Source of the DNA: Calditrichaceae bacterium
Lineage (GTDB): Bacteria; Calditrichota; Calditrichia; Calditrichales; JBFXGD01
Direction of reading: 5' to 3'
Length of the DNA stretch: 14,980 bases
NCBI GenBank assembly: GCA_050178385.1
Contig: JBFXGD010000077.1
Coordinates: 1-14,980, forward strand
Position numbers and translations under genes: made by a program. This document shows, piece after piece, positions 8,689 to 14,980 of the stretch (position 1 is its first letter; each line of letters starts with the position of its first letter). The notes beneath the pieces were generated by a model. It saw only the letters and a list, made by a program, of their open reading frames with translations, had not been told where the DNA came from and did not search any database.

Positions 8689-9405
8689 CTATCCCGTCTG
8701 AACACAATTGGCTATCTCTTTAACGTCATCTATATCGATAGACCCGTCGTAAAGAGCGCTGCCGATCATGATTGAGTCGGCTTCAGAAATTTGTAAACGC
8801 CTAAAATCTTCTGTTTTGCTGAAACGGGTATTTATAATTAATCTTATCTCCGGAAACTGCCTTTTGATTTGCTGGCAGACCTTGGCGATACTCTGGTTAT
8901 GCTCGGAATCGAGGTTTGAGAGCGTACAGATAAATTCCCTGACTCCCGCCTGATAGAATCCGGCTATAAATTGAAGGGCATCTGAATCCGGTAATTTGGA
9001 TTGATCAGTCACCTCAGCTTCAATGATAATATTTGCCGCTCCGAATTTTGTAAGCCATGAACGTACAAGGATTTTCCTCCTGTCGGCAATAGTTCCGGCG
9101 GATATTTTATCCGCGCCGCATTCCAGTGCCGTTCTGACGTCATCAGTCGACTCGACTCCGCCTGCCAGTATGATATGGGCAGACGGAATGGCGGACAGAC
9201 GCTCGAGTGTCTGCCAGTTGACAAGAGTTTTTTGGAGCGCTCCGTCAAGATCAGACATATAAAACCGAAAAATTCCCATATCCAAAAAATATCGAGCGAC
9301 TGAAACCGGGTCTTCAGTATATATATTTTTTCCGAATTCATCATCTGAATTCAATTGACGGCACTTTCCGCCGGTTACTTCTATAATAGGAACGATGGAT
9401 TTCAT
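8689..9405 (-). CDS. HisA-like TIM barrel protein, degenerate paralog
   Basis: Aligns by eye end to end with HisA (DPVSVA, DLDGA, AGGV, GADKI.AGT, W..KFGA, FICT, IGSALYDG), but key catalytic motifs are altered. No other his genes are nearby. Confidence 0.8.
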   Translation of the reverse strand: MKSIVPIIEVTGGKCRQLNSDDEFGKNIYTEDPVSVARYFLDMGIFRFYMSDLDGALQKTLVNWQTLERLSAIPSAHIILAGGVESTDDVRTALECGADKISAGTIADRRKILVRSWLTKFGAANIIIEAEVTDQSKLPDSDALQFIAGFYQAGVREFICTLSNLDSEHNQSIAKVCQQIKRQFPEIRLIINTRFSKTEDFRRLQISEADSIMIGSALYDGSIDIDDVKEIANCVQTG

Positions 9406-9492
9406 AAAAAGCTAATCCTTAAATTTATCTGATGTCTAATACAGGTTTTCCTAATGTGTCGATAATAATTTCAAATTCTTACAATATTTCAT

Positions 9493-10362
9493 TTATGATT
9501 CGAAAACTTCTTTAAATGTCAGTAGTCTTTTCGATACCGAAGGATGAGCATAATTAAGACTGTCAAACCCTCTTCCTCCGACAAACAATTGGATGCTGAA
9601 ACGGTCACATAATTCACAAATCCGGTCAAATTCCTTCTGAATTCGGTCCTGATCATCAATATATGTGCTGGAGATGTACATGCGATCAGGCGCGAAATGG
9701 TCAAATATATATTCCAGCCGCGTCCCTGGCGTGTTCTGTCCGCTAAAAAATACTTTGAATCCGCGCAATTCCAGTAAGTGATCAACCATCTTAAGCGCTA
9801 TATCATGAAGTTCGTGGTCAAAATTCATGCACATAACCATTCCGATCCTTTTTTGAGGCATTCGGATAATACCCTGCAGACGTATAAGGCTGTCTTTTAT
9901 GGTCTGTGATGCAAAATGCTCTTCGGCAACAGAGATGATTTCTTTTTCCCACATCTCGCCAATCTGATAGAGAACGGGAGTGACTAAGCGGTCATAAATC
10001 TCATATAACTGAAACTGTGCGAGATACAAGCCGTTAAACACTTGTTGAACGCGGCTCCGGTCACAATTTAACGCCTGCTGAAGTGTGTAGGCGATGAGGT
10101 AGTCGAAATCATGTTGAAAAATGTGATAGCTGACCTGTAGATCTTCTTCTTTTTCAATCGGTAAAATCTGAATTTTGGATGAGTATTTATTATTCTCTTC
10201 AATAAATTTTTTCAAATGTTCTATTAAAAATTTGCGGTGTCCTCCGGCTGTTTTGACGCACTCCACTTTACCAGAATCCGTCCATCGTTTGATGGTAGAA
10301 ACATTTACACCCAGAATGACCGCGGCCTCTTCCGTGTTAAAATATTGTATTTTTCGCTTCAT
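9493..10362 (-). CDS. CarH/LitR-like cobalamin-binding transcriptional regulator (excisionase/MerR-like HTH + B12-binding domains)
   Basis: N-terminal HTH 'TEEAAVILGVNVSTIKRW...KTAGGHRKF'. W-x9-EH motif (WEKEIISVAEEH), ELHDIA (ExHxxG variant) and SGQNTP. GGAGG RBS. Divergent from the crt genes. Confidence 0.9.
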   Translation of the reverse strand: MKRKIQYFNTEEAAVILGVNVSTIKRWTDSGKVECVKTAGGHRKFLIEHLKKFIEENNKYSSKIQILPIEKEEDLQVSYHIFQHDFDYLIAYTLQQALNCDRSRVQQVFNGLYLAQFQLYEIYDRLVTPVLYQIGEMWEKEIISVAEEHFASQTIKDSLIRLQGIIRMPQKRIGMVMCMNFDHELHDIALKMVDHLLELRGFKVFFSGQNTPGTRLEYIFDHFAPDRMYISSTYIDDQDRIQKEFDRICELCDRFSIQLFVGGRGFDSLNYAHPSVSKRLLTFKEVFES

Positions 10363-10440
10363 TGCTTACCTCCGTATGATCAGAACAGGCTTAAAATACA
10401 TATTCCCTATAAAATCATCAATCAAAATGGATTATTAAAA

Positions 10441-10458
10441 ATCGTTTATTTCGCTCAT
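10441..10458 (-). promoter_or_regulatory. candidate operator copy upstream of the regulator
   Basis: The minus strand reads ATGAGCGAA-ATAAACGAT. The 11-mer ATGAGCGAAAT (10448-10458) is identical to the copies at 10615 and 10624. Confidence 0.55.
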
Positions 10459-10611
10459 AATTAACAGTTTAATTAGATTAGGTGCAAAGAGCAACCGAAA
10501 ATATATAAAATCCTGATCCCGTCTTTATTCATTAAACGATCCTTTATAATGAAAAAAATATATTAAAAATTCCGGAATTATTTTGATCAGTAAAAGGTTA
10601 TCACAATTACA

Positions 10612-10646
10612 TAAATGAGCGAAATGAGCGAAATATGACTCATTTA
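10612..10646 (+). promoter_or_regulatory. candidate operator: 9-bp tandem repeat plus inverted repeat upstream of the crt operon
   Basis: AAATGAGCG occurs twice (10613-10630) and is followed by AAAT. TAAATGAG (10612-10619) is inverted with CTCATTTA (10639-10646). Confidence 0.6.
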
Positions 10647-10758
10647 GTCTGTAAAAAAAGAATATTTTAGGAAATTATGTATTGCCAATATTGTCAGAAT
10701 TGTTACTCCCGGGTTGGTTCAAATGTCAGATATGTGTTCAAAGGGAGCCTGTAATAAA

Positions 10759-11436
10759 ATGAAAGAAGAATATCTTATTTTTAATTTATTGGTTGTTTCG
10801 GGGCCGGTTGTTCTGAGTTTTGACCGCAAAGTCAATTTCTATGGATTGTGGTTGAAAGCATTTACGGCATCAGCAATTACACTCGTGCCTTTTTTGTTGT
10901 GGGATATGATGGTTGCGGGAAAACACTGGTGGTTTAATGACGCTTATATAACCGGGTTTAGGATCGCCGGTTTGCCTGTAGAAGAACTGATGTTTTTTAT
11001 CACTGTCCCATTCGCCTGTATTTTCGTCTGGGAAGTTCTTGGGGCGTATTATAAAGAATACAGAATGGAAAAAGCGGTTATCCTTAGAAAAATACTATAT
11101 TTTTCGATTATTCCGGCTGCCGTCTTTTTGATAAACGGGAAAATTTACACCGCGCTTGTTCTCTCAGCGCTCAGTCTGACCGCTTTGCTTGACAGGATTC
11201 TCGACACAGGCATATTTACAAGATCCAGAACTTACCTTGAGTTAATGCTTGTTACAATTCTAATTTTAGTATTTAACGGATATCTTACCGCAAGGCCGAT
11301 TGTGCTATACGATTCCGCCTATCACCTTAATTTCAGAATAATGACCATTCCTGTGGAAGATTTTTTTTACGGATATGCTCATATATTTTCTTCGGTCATT
11401 GTCTATTTAAAATTGAAGGGAGATACCCATGGCTAA
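10759..11436 (+). CDS. membrane lycopene cyclase (two CrtYc/CrtYd-type domains)
   Basis: Hydrophobic protein with the duplicated motif 'GLPVEELMFF' / 'TIPVEDFFY' and 'PFLLWD...WWFN'. The ATG at 10759 is preceded by AAGGGAG. The stop overlaps the next start. Confidence 0.88.
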   Translation: MKEEYLIFNLLVVSGPVVLSFDRKVNFYGLWLKAFTASAITLVPFLLWDMMVAGKHWWFNDAYITGFRIAGLPVEELMFFITVPFACIFVWEVLGAYYKEYRMEKAVILRKILYFSIIPAAVFLINGKIYTALVLSALSLTALLDRILDTGIFTRSRTYLELMLVTILILVFNGYLTARPIVLYDSAYHLNFRIMTIPVEDFFYGYAHIFSSVIVYLKLKGDTHG

Positions 11437-12940
11437 ACGCGTGACAGTGATCGGAGCCGGATTAGGAGGATTAGCGGCGGCAATCCGGCTTGCAAGCATG
11501 GGATTCGAAGTAACCGTGTTCGAGAAAAATGCAAAACCCGGCGGCAAAATGAATGAGATTGTCAACCATGCGTATCGATTTGACACGGGACCATCCCTGC
11601 TCACCATGCCGTCTATCATTGATGAGTTGTTTGAATTTGCGGGTTTTAATCGTTCTGATTTTCTTGAATTCAGGCCGGTTGATCCGGTATGCCGGTATTT
11701 CTTTAACGATGGCAGTATATTTGATACTTTTAACAATCCCGATAAAATGATTTTTTCGCTTGCCGGTTTGGCGCCGAATGAAGTTGAAAATTATCAAAAA
11801 TTTATGGCTTATTCCCGTGATCTTTATGAAAGGGCCGGCCAATTGTTTCTGACAACACCTATTCATGAGAGAAAGAAAATATTCAGGTCGGGCTTTCTCT
11901 CCCGTTTAGCGGAGATCCATAAAATTGATCCATTCCGCACAGTCCATCAGGGTGTATCCGGATTTTTTAATGACGAGCGTCTCATTCAGTTATTTGACCG
12001 TTACGCGACGTACAACGGTTCAGACCCCTTCAGAGCGCCGGCTACGCTAAACATGATTCCATACCTGGAAGCTCATCCGGGCGCTTTTTATATAAGCGGA
12101 GGCATGTACCGCCTGGTTGAAGCCATGCTAAAAATCGCGGCCGCCCTCAATATTGATATCAGAACTTCCACAACCGTCGAGAAAATTATTCATAAGAACA
12201 GAAAAGTGGAAGCGGTGAGGATCGACGGACATGTACTAAAGACTGATTATGTGGTATGTAACGCTGATGTGGTTTCCGCCTATTCAGATTTGATTGACGG
12301 CTTGCCTAAAAAAGCTAAACATTATCAAAAACTTGAACCGTCGCTTTCCGGGATGGTTTTCTTGTGGGGGATTAACGGAGAAAATCCCGGGTTAAAACAT
12401 CATAATATCATTTTTAGTAATGACTATAAAAAAGAATTCTCGCAATTATTTAATGATCATCAACATCCGGATGACCCTACGATTTATGTTGCCATAACCA
12501 GTAAAACAGATCCCGAACATGCACCGGAAAATGGTGAGAACTGGTTTGTCCTTGTGAACATGCCTTATCTGACTGATCAAAATGAATGGGAAACCGACAT
12601 TGAAGCGGTTAGAAAGAATATTTTAAGAAAACTATCTGAACACGGAATCAATGTCGCCGGAAAAATCGAAACAGAGAAGGTGCTTACCCCCGAATCATTC
12701 CAGAATTTATATGGAGCGAACCGCGGCAGTATTTACGGTTTGTCTTCAAACAGCCGGTCAAGCGCTTTCCTGAGACCGGCCAATCGCAGCCGTGAGATTG
12801 AAGGACTGTATTTTGCCGGAGGGTCCGCTCATCCGGGTGGAGGCATTCCGCTCGTAATTTTAGCTGGTAAAATGACAGCCGACCTGATCGGTGAAACGAT
12901 GAATTATTCAAAAAAAGATATATTTGAAATAAAGGTATGA
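11429..12940 (+). CDS. phytoene desaturase family protein, CrtD-like (1-hydroxycarotenoid 3,4-desaturase)
   Basis: GAGLGGLAAA, FDTGPSLLT and GGSAHPGGGIP motifs. The segment 'LFDRYATYNGSDPF..P..L.MIP.LE' resembles Bacteroidota CrtD rather than canonical CrtI. Subfamily assignment is tentative. Confidence 0.8.
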   Translation: MAKRVTVIGAGLGGLAAAIRLASMGFEVTVFEKNAKPGGKMNEIVNHAYRFDTGPSLLTMPSIIDELFEFAGFNRSDFLEFRPVDPVCRYFFNDGSIFDTFNNPDKMIFSLAGLAPNEVENYQKFMAYSRDLYERAGQLFLTTPIHERKKIFRSGFLSRLAEIHKIDPFRTVHQGVSGFFNDERLIQLFDRYATYNGSDPFRAPATLNMIPYLEAHPGAFYISGGMYRLVEAMLKIAAALNIDIRTSTTVEKIIHKNRKVEAVRIDGHVLKTDYVVCNADVVSAYSDLIDGLPKKAKHYQKLEPSLSGMVFLWGINGENPGLKHHNIIFSNDYKKEFSQLFNDHQHPDDPTIYVAITSKTDPEHAPENGENWFVLVNMPYLTDQNEWETDIEAVRKNILRKLSEHGINVAGKIETEKVLTPESFQNLYGANRGSIYGLSSNSRSSAFLRPANRSREIEGLYFAGGSAHPGGGIPLVILAGKMTADLIGETMNYSKKDIFEIKV

Positions 12941-14481
12941 TGATGCTAAAAATCAAAAAGAGTTTTGAGACAAATAATTTAAAAGCAGTTGTGATAGGTT
13001 CGGGTTTTGGAGGTTTGGCTGAAGCCATTCGCTTACAGGTTCGTGGTTTTGATGTCACTTTAATTGAAAAGCAGGACAAGGTTGGCGGGAAAGCTTATCA
13101 GATGGAAAAAAACGGATATGTGTTTGATATGGGACCATCACTCATCACAGCGCCGGATATCATAAGACGGGTGTTTGATGTGGCCGGAAAGCGAATGGAA
13201 GATTATGTCGATCTGATCCGTCTTGATCCCGGTTACAGAATTTATTTTCATGACGGAACGCATATCGATTACACATCCGATTCACAAAAAATGAAAGATC
13301 AAATGCGCGTATTCAATCCCGGTGACGCGGACAGGTATGATGAGTTTATGGAGCAGACGCGTAAGTTATATCATGCGGTTATTACAGATGGAATGGGTTC
13401 TACGCCTTTTCATGATATAAAAAAAATGATACAGTTTTTGCCAAGAGCATTAAGGTTAAGCGCGCTGACTCCGGCTTATAGTTTTGTAAAGCGGTATTTT
13501 GATGATCCCAGGCACAGATTTGCTTTTTCGTTCCATCCGCTATTCATCGGTGGAAGCCCTTTCAAAGCTCCATCAGTCTATTTAATGATTCCGTATCTTG
13601 AGAAAACGGGAGGAATCTGGTTTGCCCGCGGAGGTATGTACAGTCTTGTGGAAGCCCTTGCCAAAGTTTTTGTTGAGATCGGCGGAAAACTCATCACGGG
13701 TACTCCGGTTGAAGAAATCACCACAAAGAACGGCAGGGCAACTGGTGTCAGGACTTCGGATACTTTTTATGAGGCGGATGCTGTAATATCAAATGCAGAT
13801 TTTGCACACACCTATAAAAATTTAATCAAAACCGAAGACCGGAAAAAATGGACGGATAAAAAGGTCGATAGTCTTGATTATTCAATGAGCGCGTTTCTGA
13901 TGTACCTGGGAGTTAAAAAACAGTATCCTAAATTATTGCATCATACACTGATTCTTTCAGAAAGATATAAAAATCTGGTTCGTGATATTTTTGATAAAAA
14001 AATACTTCCGGAAGATTTTTCTATGTACCTGCACGCGCCGACACGTTCCGATCCTTCAATGGCGCCCGAGGGTCATGAGAGCATTTATGTACTTATACCA
14101 GTGGCGAATCTGAAAGGTAAGATTGACTGGGAGAAGGAAAAGAAAAAATACGCGGATAAAATCCTTGAATTTTTAGAAAAGGATTTTGGGATGAGTGATC
14201 TCAGGGAAAATATCGAAGTGCAGGAGGTGTTTACGCCGGTTGACTTTAGGGAGAAACAAAACGCCTATCTCGGCAGCGCCTGGGGAGTGGAGCCAAAGTT
14301 GATGCAGACCGCTTATTTCCGGCCCCACAACCGGAGCGAAGATATCAGAAATCTTTATTTTGTGGGAGCAAGTACTCATCCGGGAGCGGGAGTTCCGGGT
14401 GTGTTGCTCACCGCTGAAGCGACAGAAAATGTGATTTTGTCAGATTTTGGATTACAACAATTTAATCTAAAGAGTGCCTGA
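12937..14481 (+). CDS. crtI: phytoene desaturase
   Basis: GSGFGGLA, FDMGPSLITAP, FSFHPLFIGGSPF, YLHAPTRSDPSMAP, QTAYFRPHN and GASTHPGAGVPGV motifs. ATGA overlap with the preceding gene. Confidence 0.92.
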   Translation: MMMLKIKKSFETNNLKAVVIGSGFGGLAEAIRLQVRGFDVTLIEKQDKVGGKAYQMEKNGYVFDMGPSLITAPDIIRRVFDVAGKRMEDYVDLIRLDPGYRIYFHDGTHIDYTSDSQKMKDQMRVFNPGDADRYDEFMEQTRKLYHAVITDGMGSTPFHDIKKMIQFLPRALRLSALTPAYSFVKRYFDDPRHRFAFSFHPLFIGGSPFKAPSVYLMIPYLEKTGGIWFARGGMYSLVEALAKVFVEIGGKLITGTPVEEITTKNGRATGVRTSDTFYEADAVISNADFAHTYKNLIKTEDRKKWTDKKVDSLDYSMSAFLMYLGVKKQYPKLLHHTLILSERYKNLVRDIFDKKILPEDFSMYLHAPTRSDPSMAPEGHESIYVLIPVANLKGKIDWEKEKKKYADKILEFLEKDFGMSDLRENIEVQEVFTPVDFREKQNAYLGSAWGVEPKLMQTAYFRPHNRSEDIRNLYFVGASTHPGAGVPGVLLTAEATENVILSDFGLQQFNLKSA

Positions 14482-14499
14482 GTAAAAACGGGGGGATGT

Positions 14500-14980
14500 A
14501 TGAACCTTTTTAATGATAAATCGATGGAGGCCGCATTTCGTTATGCCAGGGCGCAAACCGCCCATTATTCAAAGAGTTTTTATCTTTCATCGGCAATGCT
14601 GCCTAAGGAGAGGCGCTGGGCAACCTATGCCCTCTACGGCTTCTGCAGATATGCGGATAATATCATCGATAATCCCAGGAACAGGTCGGCTGATGAGCTA
14701 GTTGAGGAAATCGATTATATGTCGAATGAGCTTATCATCGCTTACCGAAGGTGGGAATCTGAACATCCAATTTTAAAACCGTTTATCTGGGTAGCCCAAA
14801 AACACGAAATACCCATAGAATATCCGCTCGACCTTCTAAAAGGGGTAAAAATGGATATTCAAAAAAACAGGTATGAAAATTTTGATGAATTGTATCTGTT
14901 CTGTTATCGTGTTGCTGGTGTTGTCGGACTTATGATGACGCATGTACTCGGATATAAGTCAAAGGACGCTTTCTTCTACG
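14500..14980 (+). CDS. crtB: phytoene synthase (partial, runs off the window)
   Basis: Absent from the ORF track and translated by hand from ATG 14500 (GGGGGA RBS): MNLFNDKSMEAAFRYARAQTAHYSKSFYLSSAMLP...ALYGFCRYADNIID...GVKMD...ELYLFCYRVAGVVGLMM. The frame is open to the window end. Confidence 0.93.
   Translation, partial: MNLFNDKSMEAAFRYARAQTAHYSKSFYLSSAMLPKERRWATYALYGFCRYADNIIDNPRNRSADELVEEIDYMSNELIIAYRRWESEHPILKPFIWVAQKHEIPIEYPLDLLKGVKMDIQKNRYENFDELYLFCYRVAGVVGLMMTHVLGYKSKDAFFY

Noticed and set aside
10714..10758. Longer TTG start for the lycopene cyclase
   Set aside because: The ATG at 10759 has an RBS-like AAGGGAG and the hydrophobic domain begins right after it.
10363..10758. Cobalamin riboswitch, CRISPR-like repeats or firm sigma70 promoters in the divergent intergenic region
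   Set aside because: There is no B12-box or GC-rich structure, the repeats are short with no spacers, and the -35/-10 candidates have poor matches or spacing.
3299..14481. Other TGA stops as possible Sec codons (Rid, DUF899, CrtD-like, crtI)
   Set aside because: They fall at natural protein C-termini, some overlapping the next start codon, and are not at Cys motif positions.
785..14701. Numerous 60-130 aa ORFs overlapping or antisense to the main genes (e.g. 1019..1255, 5153..5488, 9009..9344, 11407..11736, 12684..13079, 14513..14701)
   Set aside because: These are shadow frames of well-supported genes and have no motifs of their own.

Overview
Bacterial chromosomal window with no mobile element, rRNA, tRNA or CRISPR array recognisable. 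A protein with a 'QNYPNPFNP...GIYFY...K' C-terminal sorting domain suggests an FCB-group lineage such as Calditrichota, Ignavibacteria or KSB1 (inference). Bases 89-10362 are a run of minus-strand genes: small secreted and membrane hypotheticals, a geranylgeranyl-reductase-family flavoprotein, an HExxH zincin-like protein, a Rid-family protein lacking the catalytic Arg, an Fn3 plus T9SS-type CTD protein, DUF899, a PLP serine/threonine dehydratase, a ferritin-like/receiver fusion, a peroxiredoxin-like protein, a degenerate HisA-like barrel and a CarH/LitR-like HTH + B12-binding regulator. A carotenoid operon is transcribed divergently from the regulator: lycopene cyclase, CrtD-like desaturase, crtI, and crtB running off the window end. 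Main hidden signals: (1) the two ORFs at 7983-8651 are one secreted selenoprotein with an in-frame UGA (GGW-U-PYC) followed by a SECIS-like hairpin; (2) an 11-mer ATGAGCGAAAT is repeated with 9-bp period and oriented toward both divergent genes, a candidate non-canonical operator for the B12 regulator; (3) the HisA paralog has lost key catalytic and phosphate-binding motifs; (4) a sigma54-like promoter precedes the secreted CTD protein.
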